NCBI GenBank assembly: GCA_028706195.1
Contig: JAQWBU010000002.1
Location: 1-46,650 of the forward strand
Source: Eubacteriales bacterium
GTDB taxonomy: Bacteria; Bacillota; Clostridia; Saccharofermentanales; DTU023
Direction of reading: 5' to 3'
DNA length: 46,650 bases
The position numbers were made by a program, and so were the translations under genes. Shown here one piece after another: positions 16,661 through 25,207 of the stretch; position 1 is the stretch's first letter, and every line of letters begins with the position of its first letter. The notes under the pieces were generated by a model. It did not search any database, was not told the DNA's origin, and saw only the letters and a list, made by a program, of their open reading frames with translations.

Positions 16661-17731
16661 TCAGTTTCCTTGTTTATAATCGGCTGAGCGATCTTGTATC
16701 AGCTGAGCTGTGATACTGACAGCTATTTCCGCAGGTGTTTTACCGCCGATATTGAGGCCTATGGGTGCAGTTATACGAGCCAGATCCTCTTCAGTGAAAC
16801 CTCGATCCATAAGCCGTTCATTTATAGTTTTCGTCTTTTTCTTGCTGCCGATGACACCGATGTAGCGGGCAGGTGTCTTCAGAACCTGAGCCTGAACTTC
16901 AAGGTCCTTAGTGTGACCGCGGGTCATAACGCAGACGTAATCCCGGTCTGTAACAGTAACTGAGGCTGCGATGTCATCTAGATCAGCCAGACGGACATCG
17001 AAAGCTTCAGGAAAGAGATCCGGATTGACAAATTCTTCACGATCATCCAATACTACAGGGGCAAAATCCACCGCGGCCAGTGCCGGAACTAATGCCTGAC
17101 CAACGTGACCGCCGCCAAAGATGTATACAAAGCCCGGAATAACTAACTCTTCAACAAAAAGGCTGCGGTCTTCCGCTTCGATTTCTTCAGCGCGATGATA
17201 GATTTGTTTTACGTCAGCAAGCAAAGCTTGAGTCACCTTGTGATCAGCAGGATAACCCAGAAAGATATCCCCGGCCTGATCGCTGTTTTTCTCAGCGGGT
17301 GCATATAGTGCTAAACCCAGTGAATCGCTTTCACTTAAGTCTGTGATCAGCCAGGCGTAGCTGTGATTCTTAATTTTTTCCAAGGCTACATCAACTAGTT
17401 TCAGTAAGGAGGAGTCGCCGGCATCCAGATGGAGAAAGTGAACTGTGGCATCCCCACCGCAAATCATACCGATATCTTCAATGTCATTTTTCGTAAGGTG
17501 GAAGTTATGCGTCCGGGATTGCTTTTCCTGCAGGACTTCCTGCGAGTATTGAATTGAACGGTATTCGACCGCTCCGCCACCGACAGTGCCGGCCAATCGT
17601 CCCTCAGCGCCAACCAGCATGCGGGCCCCGGCTCCTCGAGGAGTAGCACCTGAACTGTATGTTACAGTTGCCAGAACCGCATTCTCGCCTTTTCCCAGTG
17701 TTTTTTGTAAAGAAACAAATATATCTTTCAT
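16661..17731 (-). CDS. XdhC/CoxI-family molybdo-enzyme maturation factor
   Basis: 356 aa. N-terminal XdhC_CoxI region (ATVTYSSGATPRGAGARMLV...GTVGGG) and a C-terminal Rossmann domain (VYIFGGGHVGQAL...DYVCVMTRGH). Confidence 0.85.
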   Translation of the reverse strand: MKDIFVSLQKTLGKGENAVLATVTYSSGATPRGAGARMLVGAEGRLAGTVGGGAVEYRSIQYSQEVLQEKQSRTHNFHLTKNDIEDIGMICGGDATVHFLHLDAGDSSLLKLVDVALEKIKNHSYAWLITDLSESDSLGLALYAPAEKNSDQAGDIFLGYPADHKVTQALLADVKQIYHRAEEIEAEDRSLFVEELVIPGFVYIFGGGHVGQALVPALAAVDFAPVVLDDREEFVNPDLFPEAFDVRLADLDDIAASVTVTDRDYVCVMTRGHTKDLEVQAQVLKTPARYIGVIGSKKKTKTINERLMDRGFTEEDLARITAPIGLNIGGKTPAEIAVSITAQLIQDRSADYKQGN

Positions 17732-17867
17732 CTAAATCTCTCTCAGCTAAAAAAGTAAATCTCATGTGATTATTCTATCTTTCTTACATTATTTGATATT
17801 AAAGCGAATGCTACGCAAATGCAACTTGCTCGTACATTGAACATTAAACTCTTAACGATCTATTAAT

Positions 17868-17896
17868 TTGCTTTTTGGCGCTAATGTTACTATATA
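17868..17896 (+). promoter_or_regulatory. Putative promoter of the hut operon
   Basis: TTGCTT (17868-17873), 17 nt, TATATA (17891-17896). It lies about 70 nt upstream of the hutU start. Confidence 0.4.
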
Positions 17897-17969
17897 GAAG
17901 AGAATATTCAATAGCTGAAATGCTGTGATCACTTATTGTAAGTATCTAAGAAATCCGGAGGGTATTAAA

Positions 17970-19985
17970 ATGCTGGAAAACAGAGATATTGAAGCTTGTA
18001 TGACTATTCGTCTGGACGATGAATTACCGTCTTATCCTGAGTTTGAGCCTGGAATCAGGCGAGCTCCAAAACGTAAAGCCAAATTGAGTGAAGAGGACAG
18101 GGCGCTGGCCATTAGAAATGCCCTGCGCTATATTCCTGAACAATACCACGAAGAAATGGCAGCAGAGTTTTTGCAGGAGCTGGAAGAGCATGGCAAGATC
18201 TACGGCTACCGCTACCGTCCTCAGGAAAGAATCTACGGCAAGCCTATAGATGAGTACAGAGGAAACTGTGTCGAAGGTAAAGCTTTTCAGGTCATGATTG
18301 ACAATAACCTGGACTTTGATGTCGCGCTCTATCCCTATGAATTGGTCACTTATGGCGAGACCGGCTCTGTCTGCCAGAACTGGATGCAGTATCGCCTGAT
18401 TAAGAAATATCTCGAAGTGCTTAGCGACACTCAAACTTTGGTACTTTATTCCGGTCATCCGGTCGGGCTGTTCCACAGCCCGACAACTGCGCCGCGCGTT
18501 ATTTTAACCAACGGTTTAATGATCGGTCAGTACGATGATCTGGAGAACTTTAACCGCGCTCAGGCTTTGGGGGTCGCAAATTACGGACAGATGACAGCAG
18601 GCGGTTGGATGTATATCGGACCTCAGGGCATCGTCCACGGCACTTACAATACTTTATTAAATGCCGGCAGACGAGAGCTAGGGGTTCCAAATGATGGAGA
18701 TCTTGCCGGTCACCTTTTTGTCAGCTCAGGATTGGGAGGTATGTCCGGTGCTCAGGGTAAAGCCTGTATGATAGCTGGCGGAACCTGCATTATCGCTGAG
18801 GTTGATTATTCTCGTATCGAGACCAGAAGTGAACAGGGCTGGGTTAGCCACATTACTGACTCAGCCGAAGCAGCTTTCATTCTGGCTCAGGAAATGATGG
18901 ACAAAAAGGAAGCCTGCGCTATTGCCTTCCACGGAAACATTGTCGATCTGCTGGAATATGCCGTTGATAATGAAATCAGGATTGACCTGCTTTCGGACCA
19001 GACTTCCTGTCATGAACCCTACACCGGCGGTTACTGTCCGCAAGGCCAGTCCTACGAAGAACGAACCGAAATGTTGTCCACTGATCCGGATCGTTTCCAT
19101 GATCTGGTCGATCTCTCGCTGAGAAAACATTATGAGGCCATCAAAACTCTGCACGACAGAGGTACTTACTTTTTCGACTACGGCAACTCTTTCATGAAAG
19201 CAGTTTTTGATGCCGGAGTGACGGAAATCTCCAGCAACAAAGTAGATGACCGTGACGGTTTTATCTTCCCCTCTTACGTCGAAGATATCATGGGCCCGTT
19301 GCTCTTTGACTTCGGCTATGGACCCTTTCGCTGGGTTTGTCTCTCCGGCAAAGATGAAGACCTGCATGCCACAGACGCTGCCGCTATGTCCTGCATTGAC
19401 CCGGACCGACGTTATCAGGACAGAGACAACTATTTGTGGATCCGCGACGCCGAAAAAAACAAATTGGTTGTAGGTACGAAGGCTCGCATTCTTTACAGTG
19501 ATGCTGAAGGCAGATTGAAGATTGCGCTTAAGTTCAATGAAATGGTACGCAAGGGCGAGATCGGTCCTGTCATGATCGGCCGGGATCATCACGATACCGG
19601 CGGAACTGATTCCCCCTTCCGTGAAACTTCCAACATCCGCGACGGCAGCAATATTATGGCGGACATGGCAACATCCGTCTTCGCAGGTAACGCAGCCCGG
19701 GGCATGAGTCTTTGCGCTTTGCATAATGGCGGCGGTGTCGGCATCGGCAAAGCTATTAATGGTGGTTATGGCTGTGTCCTGGATGGTTCCAATCGTATCG
19801 ACGAGATCCTTAAGAATGCAGTACCATGGGACGTCATGGGCGGTGTAGCCCGCCGGGCATGGGCACGCAATGAAAACGCCCTGAACACCGTAATGGAATA
19901 CAACCGGAATATGGAGGGGCGCGATCAGCTTACCCTGCCTTATCTGGTTGATGATCAGTTAATAGAAGAAATTTTAAATAAATAG
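17970..19985 (+). CDS. hutU: Urocanate hydratase (long clostridial type)
   Basis: ORF track starts at 17925, but the ATG at 17970 has GGAGGG 6 nt upstream. Motifs GQMTAGGWMYIGPQGIVHGT and SSGLGGMSGAQ (NAD site) are diagnostic. Confidence 0.93.
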   Translation: MLENRDIEACMTIRLDDELPSYPEFEPGIRRAPKRKAKLSEEDRALAIRNALRYIPEQYHEEMAAEFLQELEEHGKIYGYRYRPQERIYGKPIDEYRGNCVEGKAFQVMIDNNLDFDVALYPYELVTYGETGSVCQNWMQYRLIKKYLEVLSDTQTLVLYSGHPVGLFHSPTTAPRVILTNGLMIGQYDDLENFNRAQALGVANYGQMTAGGWMYIGPQGIVHGTYNTLLNAGRRELGVPNDGDLAGHLFVSSGLGGMSGAQGKACMIAGGTCIIAEVDYSRIETRSEQGWVSHITDSAEAAFILAQEMMDKKEACAIAFHGNIVDLLEYAVDNEIRIDLLSDQTSCHEPYTGGYCPQGQSYEERTEMLSTDPDRFHDLVDLSLRKHYEAIKTLHDRGTYFFDYGNSFMKAVFDAGVTEISSNKVDDRDGFIFPSYVEDIMGPLLFDFGYGPFRWVCLSGKDEDLHATDAAAMSCIDPDRRYQDRDNYLWIRDAEKNKLVVGTKARILYSDAEGRLKIALKFNEMVRKGEIGPVMIGRDHHDTGGTDSPFRETSNIRDGSNIMADMATSVFAGNAARGMSLCALHNGGGVGIGKAINGGYGCVLDGSNRIDEILKNAVPWDVMGGVARRAWARNENALNTVMEYNRNMEGRDQLTLPYLVDDQLIEEILNK

Positions 19986-19995
19986 GAGAGCCAGA

Positions 19996-20901
19996 ATGAC
20001 TTCAGAAGTAAAAATAGTTGAGTGCGTTCCCAATTTCAGCGAAGGACGCGATCCGGACAAAATTGAAAAAATCGTCGCCCCGCTCAAAGATAAGCCCAAC
20101 GTGAAGCTGGTGAATTATGAACCGGATCCCGATTACAATCGTCTGGTCGTAACTGTGATGGGAGAACCTCAGGCAGTAAAAGGCGCCGTGCTGGCAGCCA
20201 TCGCAGTCGCAACTGAACTTATAGACATGAATCAGCACGAAGGGGAACATCTGCGCATGGGCGCAACCGATGTCGTACCTTTTATCCCGATTCGCAATAT
20301 GACTATGGAGGAGACTGTTGAACTGGCCATAGAAACCGCGCAAGCCATATATGAGCTTTACGCCGTCCCTGTCTTCCTCTACGAGGAAGCCGCCAGCCGC
20401 CCGGAACGCAGAAACCTCGTGAACGTGCGGAAAGGTCAATTTGAAGGCATGCCGGAGAAACTCAAAGAAGCTGACTGGGAACCTGATTTCGGCAAACGTG
20501 AAATCCACAAAACAGCCGGCGTTACAGCGGTTGGAGCGCGCATGCCGCTGGTCGCGTACAATATCGACCTTGGAACAGATAACATCGACATCGCCAACGC
20601 CATTGCCCGCTCGATCCGCCAGTCAGGAGGCGGCTTTCAGTATATTAAAGCCGGAGGCGTTGAACTCAAAGAAAAGGGAATTGTTCAAGTTACCATGAAC
20701 ATCACTGACTATACAAAAAACCCTATTTATAGAGTTTTTGAAACAGTGAAAATGGAAGCCAGGCGTTATGGCGTTCCCATTCTGGGCAGTGAGATAATCG
20801 GTCTGGCACCTGTGGAAGCTCTAACTGACACAGCTGCCTATTATCTGGGATTACACGATTTTGACAGCAGCAAACTGGTCGAAACCGCTCTGATCGATTA
20901 A
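19996..20901 (+). CDS. ftcD: Glutamate formimidoyltransferase
   Basis: 301 aa. N-terminal VECVPNFSEGRD signature of the FTCD N-domain. AGGAGAG RBS. Confidence 0.92.
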   Translation: MTSEVKIVECVPNFSEGRDPDKIEKIVAPLKDKPNVKLVNYEPDPDYNRLVVTVMGEPQAVKGAVLAAIAVATELIDMNQHEGEHLRMGATDVVPFIPIRNMTMEETVELAIETAQAIYELYAVPVFLYEEAASRPERRNLVNVRKGQFEGMPEKLKEADWEPDFGKREIHKTAGVTAVGARMPLVAYNIDLGTDNIDIANAIARSIRQSGGGFQYIKAGGVELKEKGIVQVTMNITDYTKNPIYRVFETVKMEARRYGVPILGSEIIGLAPVEALTDTAAYYLGLHDFDSSKLVETALID

Positions 20902-20937
20902 GTGAATCACTGCACAGCAGCATCGAGCATTAACTCT

Positions 20938-20961
20938 TAGAGCCGGTGGCCACCGGCTCTA
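20938..20961. repeat. Perfect 24-nt palindrome / 10-bp stem-loop between ftcD and hutI
   Basis: TAGAGCCGGTGGCCACCGGCTCTA. There is no U-tract. It ends 5 nt before the AAGGAGG RBS of hutI. Confidence 0.85.
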
Positions 20962-20977
20962 TTGTGAAGGAGGAACA

Positions 20978-22228
20978 GTGTCATATTTATTAGTCAAAAA
21001 TGCAGCCCAGTTAGTCAGTCCAGAAGGGCATAGCGCACGCTTCGGTAAAGACATGTCCCACTTGCGCATTTTGTCTGACGCGGCTGTTTTGATTGACGAA
21101 GAGAAAATCATCTTTGTCGGTACAAGTAAAGAAGCTGAAATCTATATTAAGGAAAATCTGCCTCCGGAGAGCAAAGTCACTCGTTATGATGCCTCCGGCA
21201 AGACAATTCTGCCGGGTTTCGTAGATTCGCACACGCATTTTATTTTTGGCGGTTACCGTGAGCATGAATTTAACCTCAGGCTGGAGGGTGCAAGCTACAT
21301 GGATATCATGCAAGCCGGAGGCGGAATCGCCTATTCTATCGCTGAAACTACTGCGGCCGGTGAAGATGAACTTTACGAGCTGGGATGGCGGCGGCTGCAG
21401 CGTATGACTCAGCTGGGAATAACAACTGTCGAAGGTAAGACGGGTTACGGCGAAGACACTGCGAGCGAAGACAAGATGCTGCGGGTGATGGAACGTCTGG
21501 ATCATGACCATCCGATTGAGATCGCGAAAACTTACATGGGAGCTCACGCTGTGCCCAGAGACTATCCCGGCGGCGCTTCAGCTTACATTGATTACATCAT
21601 CGCTGAAGGCTTGCCCATGGCAGCCGGCAGAGCTGATTATTGTGATGTTTTTTGCGAGACGGATGTCTTTGAGCTGGAAGACTCTGAGCGACTGCTCCTG
21701 GCAGCCCGGGAACATGGTTTCAAATTAAAGCTGCATGCAGATGAGATTGTACAGCTGGGCGGCGCGGGTTTGGCCGCGAAATTGAAAGCCACTTCAGCAG
21801 ATCATCTTTTGAAATCATCGGATCAGGACTTGCTCGCCATGCGAGATGCGGGTACAGTTGCCACTCTGCTTCCCTGTACAGCTTTTTCTCTGAAAGAGGA
21901 CTATGCCAGGGGGCGCTTCATGATTGACAGCGGGCTCGCTGTGGCTCTGGCTTCTGATCTTAATCCGGGAAGCTGTTACACTCAGTCTGTTCCGTTGATC
22001 ATAGCATTAGCGACTATTTACATGGGGCTGAGTATTGAAGAATGCATCACAGCACTGACACTGAACGGAGCCGCGGCGATCGATCGTGCGGATTCAATTG
22101 GTTCGCTTGAAATTGGCAAGCAGGCTGACCTGATCCTTTTGGATGCGCCAAATTATAGACACCTCTCGTACCACTTCGCGATGAATCTGGTCGATACGGT
22201 GATCAAGAAGGGAAAGATTCTCAATTAA
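20978..22228 (+). CDS. hutI: Imidazolonepropionase
   Basis: 416 aa. Amidohydrolase motifs PGFVDSHTHFIFGG, KLHADE and ASDLNPGS. GTG start has AAGGAGG upstream. Confidence 0.92.
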   Translation: MSYLLVKNAAQLVSPEGHSARFGKDMSHLRILSDAAVLIDEEKIIFVGTSKEAEIYIKENLPPESKVTRYDASGKTILPGFVDSHTHFIFGGYREHEFNLRLEGASYMDIMQAGGGIAYSIAETTAAGEDELYELGWRRLQRMTQLGITTVEGKTGYGEDTASEDKMLRVMERLDHDHPIEIAKTYMGAHAVPRDYPGGASAYIDYIIAEGLPMAAGRADYCDVFCETDVFELEDSERLLLAAREHGFKLKLHADEIVQLGGAGLAAKLKATSADHLLKSSDQDLLAMRDAGTVATLLPCTAFSLKEDYARGRFMIDSGLAVALASDLNPGSCYTQSVPLIIALATIYMGLSIEECITALTLNGAAAIDRADSIGSLEIGKQADLILLDAPNYRHLSYHFAMNLVDTVIKKGKILN

Positions 22229-23058
22229 TGAAAAATCTTTTATTTGATTATCACTTACATAGCTTACACTCGCCGGACGGCAGCATGACCATAGATACCA
22301 TAGTTAAACGGGCTCAGGAACTTGGTCTCGCAGAAATTTGCATCACTGATCACGTTGAGGTTGATAATTCTTTCGGTGCTGAATGGCAAACAAGCAAAGA
22401 GCAGGTTAAGGTCCAGCTGGATGAGTTGAACCGCTTTAAGGAGCAGAGCAACGGTTATGTGAAAAAGGGAGTAGAACTTGCCTTCCCTGATAATGATCCG
22501 GGCACGGTGGAGGATATGCGAGAGCTGGTGAATCCCGGTGATTACGATTATTCCATTGCCAGTCTTCATCAGTACAAAGGTGACTCCCCCTTCTCCGGTA
22601 CGTTCTTCGATGAGCACACTCTGCCCGAAGCAGCGGCTACATATGTCAAATGGATAAATGAGCGTATACGGGAATTCCCTCTGGATTACTTTGACTGTGT
22701 CGGCCATATTGACTTCGTTGTCAAAGGCCCCCACGGCATCGAAGATCCAAGCCTCAGTTTGACTTATTTTGAAGAGGAACTGCGGGAGCTTTTCCGTTAT
22801 CTGATTGATAATGGAAAAACCTTCGAAGTAAACACGTCCGCCTATAAATCTTTGCCCGGGAAGAAAGTTCATGGACTCGACTGGCTGACTTTATTCGCAG
22901 AGATGGGCGGGGAATTTGTTGTGATTGGTTCTGATGCACACAAAGAGGAATACATAGGTTATCGGCTGGATGATGCGCTTGCTCTGGTTCAGGAAGCCGG
23001 TATACCCTATGTCGCCACCTTCGACAAACATCAGCCGGTTTTGCACAAAGTAAAATAA
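22228..23058 (+). CDS. PHP-domain phosphoesterase, HisJ (histidinol-phosphatase) family
   Basis: 276 aa. N-terminal DYHLHSLHSPDG, ITDH, SLH, GHID and GSDAH metal-ligand motifs of the PHP/HisJ family. TAATG overlap with the hutI stop. Confidence 0.85.
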   Translation: MKNLLFDYHLHSLHSPDGSMTIDTIVKRAQELGLAEICITDHVEVDNSFGAEWQTSKEQVKVQLDELNRFKEQSNGYVKKGVELAFPDNDPGTVEDMRELVNPGDYDYSIASLHQYKGDSPFSGTFFDEHTLPEAAATYVKWINERIREFPLDYFDCVGHIDFVVKGPHGIEDPSLSLTYFEEELRELFRYLIDNGKTFEVNTSAYKSLPGKKVHGLDWLTLFAEMGGEFVVIGSDAHKEEYIGYRLDDALALVQEAGIPYVATFDKHQPVLHKVK

Positions 23059-23112
23059 ATAGGGGCCGGTCCATTATAGACTGCCCCCCTCAATGCCATA
23101 TAGAAATGCTGC

Positions 23113-23673
23113 TTATTCGGCGTCACTCGGATTCCAGAAACCTTTATGCAAAGCGAAGAACTCATCTTCCAGCTCAAGAACCGGCCCCACCATCTTAACA
23201 TCAGGTTTTTGACCACAGGCCAAGACTGCACGCGAGGGCAGATTTAGCGTTGGGTTGCGAATATCATCCCCTGTATATTTTTTCAGTTCTGACTCGCGGG
23301 CAATATATACCATTCTGCCCAGGTTGCCCCAATACATGGCTCCGGTACACATAGCGCAAGGTTCTCCGCAGTTGTACATGGTAAGCTCCCACATTTCTTC
23401 TTTGGAGTATTTCTGAGAAGCGCGGCTCATCAATTTTGTTTCAGCATGACAGGTACAGTCACCGTGATTCTCATTCTCACAGTTACCCTGCTCCATTAAG
23501 ATATTGCCTTCCTTGTCTGCCAACAGGCAGCCAAACGGGAAGTTTCCGGCTTCCTTGGCTTCGCGGCATATTTCTATAACGCGCCGCAGGAGATCTGCTT
23601 CAAAATCCTCCAAGTCCGACAGCTTCACCGGCTTTTCAGCTTCGTATTCAATACTAAAAATTGTTTTCTCCAT
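23113..23673 (-). CDS. CMP/dCMP-type zinc nucleoside deaminase
   Basis: 186 aa. CHAE and PCAMC zinc-binding motifs with the expected spacing. Confidence 0.85.
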   Translation of the reverse strand: MEKTIFSIEYEAEKPVKLSDLEDFEADLLRRVIEICREAKEAGNFPFGCLLADKEGNILMEQGNCENENHGDCTCHAETKLMSRASQKYSKEEMWELTMYNCGEPCAMCTGAMYWGNLGRMVYIARESELKKYTGDDIRNPTLNLPSRAVLACGQKPDVKMVGPVLELEDEFFALHKGFWNPSDAE

Positions 23674-23912
23674 GAAGTATCCGCCTCGCTTTAATCAATA
23701 GAAAATAGTCTAGCACATTCGTCTAAGTGTAGGATATCCGACTGAAAAGCTTTAGAATGGCATCAACTGTAAGTTGAACAACTATAAGTGTATTCAATTG
23801 GAAGGGGATTCAACTGTCAGCTTATTGTATTTCCGCCTTTGATGTACACATACTTAAGATGCTGAAGCAGCAGCTATATAGCCTTTCAAAAAAAATGATC
23901 GGAGAAAACAAT

Positions 23913-25184
23913 ATGTACGAAGTTGACGGTTTGGGTATCCGTATTGCCCACTTAAGAAAAGAAAAGAATTTGACACAGGAAGCATTCGCCAGAAATCTTG
24001 GCGTCTCTCCTCAGGCAGTATCCAAATGGGAGACCGGTATTGGTTACCCTGACATCACTCTTCTGCCACAAATAGCAAAAGAGCTCGATGTAAGTATTGA
24101 CCAGTTATTTGGCCACAGCATTGAAAGCCACGAAAGCACAGCCAAGCCCTTCCCCTTCCCTGAAAGCAGAGGGTCGCTGAAGCTGGCCGGCAGCTTAGGA
24201 AACATCGCCTGCTATGCAGACGTCTCAGGAAAGCAGAAAAATGGCGTTATCTCTTTTGACGACGGCAGCGAGGTTGATCTGGAGACACAAACAGTAATTA
24301 ATCGCGGCAAAAACAAGATTACACTGGCTTACTCCGACGAGTATGAGCTGAGTGGAGCTGAATTAGACAATGAAGAAACTGCCTATGAAGACAGCGAAAA
24401 GGGCGCAGCGGCGTCAGATGATAAAGGCTTTAACTACAAAGATCCAGGTTTTTCTTACGACGGTGAATACAGTAGAAGCGAGAACCCGGTGCAGATCGAT
24501 AGCTATGATATTTCCGTAGCAGGCGCATGTAAAGTCATAATTGTTCATGACGAGAGGGAAAAGCACAGATGGCAGGCTGAGGGCACACCGGATTTCATGC
24601 GGTCACTCACAATTGAGCAAAGAGGCAGCACTTTAAGTATCAGCACAGATAAGATAAGAAAATACATTTTTGGCGGCGCGAACATCCGGGGACAAATCAC
24701 TCTATATTCACCAGTGGCTAATATGAACCGAATCGCGGTTAACATTAAAGGCTCGGGAGATCTTAGCAGTCAAATAAATTTTGAAGAAAGCGATCTGCAA
24801 ATCTCCGGTGCGGGGAAATTGCGCATGGCAGAGAGCGGCTTAACACAAGTTAAAATTAGTGGCTCCGGTGATTTTTATTCCACGCTGGCTCATAACCCTG
24901 AAATCAGCATATCCGGCGCAGGTGATGTCACGATCGATCGTGTCAGCGGTAAAGCAATATGTAAAATCGCAGGCTCAGGAGACATTGATTTTCGAGCCGG
25001 CGAATTGGAAGAATTGTCAGTACGCATAGCCGGTTCAGGGGACCTTGATGCAACAGAAGTCACAGTGGGTGATCTTGATATTTCAATACAGGGCGGCGGT
25101 GACGCCGTAATCGGTCGCGTCACAGGCAGATCTGTAGAACGGCTCTCACGGGGGGCAAAATTAACAATATTGAATCGTTCCTGA
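23913..25184 (+). CDS. XRE-family HTH domain fused to a GIN/DUF2807-like beta-helix repeat domain
   Basis: ORF track starts at 23859, but the ATG at 23913 has GGAG 8 nt upstream. N-terminal LRKEKNLTQEAFARNLGVSPQAVSKWE is an XRE HTH. The C-terminus has seven repeats of about 19 aa built around I-x-G-[SAG]-G-[DK]. No TM segment or signal peptide. Confidence 0.75.
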   Translation: MYEVDGLGIRIAHLRKEKNLTQEAFARNLGVSPQAVSKWETGIGYPDITLLPQIAKELDVSIDQLFGHSIESHESTAKPFPFPESRGSLKLAGSLGNIACYADVSGKQKNGVISFDDGSEVDLETQTVINRGKNKITLAYSDEYELSGAELDNEETAYEDSEKGAAASDDKGFNYKDPGFSYDGEYSRSENPVQIDSYDISVAGACKVIIVHDEREKHRWQAEGTPDFMRSLTIEQRGSTLSISTDKIRKYIFGGANIRGQITLYSPVANMNRIAVNIKGSGDLSSQINFEESDLQISGAGKLRMAESGLTQVKISGSGDFYSTLAHNPEISISGAGDVTIDRVSGKAICKIAGSGDIDFRAGELEELSVRIAGSGDLDATEVTVGDLDISIQGGGDAVIGRVTGRSVERLSRGAKLTILNRS

Positions 25185-25207
25185 GAATCAGAACGGAATA
25201 ATTCTGT

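Noticed and set aside
18024-22872. Long antisense ORFs inside the hut operon (18024-18476, 18861-19724 of 287 aa, 20002-20508, 21011-21547, 22264-22872)
   Set aside because: Each lies opposite a gene with unmistakable enzyme motifs. None has a recognisable motif or RBS. Long antisense frames are expected by chance in genes with this codon usage.
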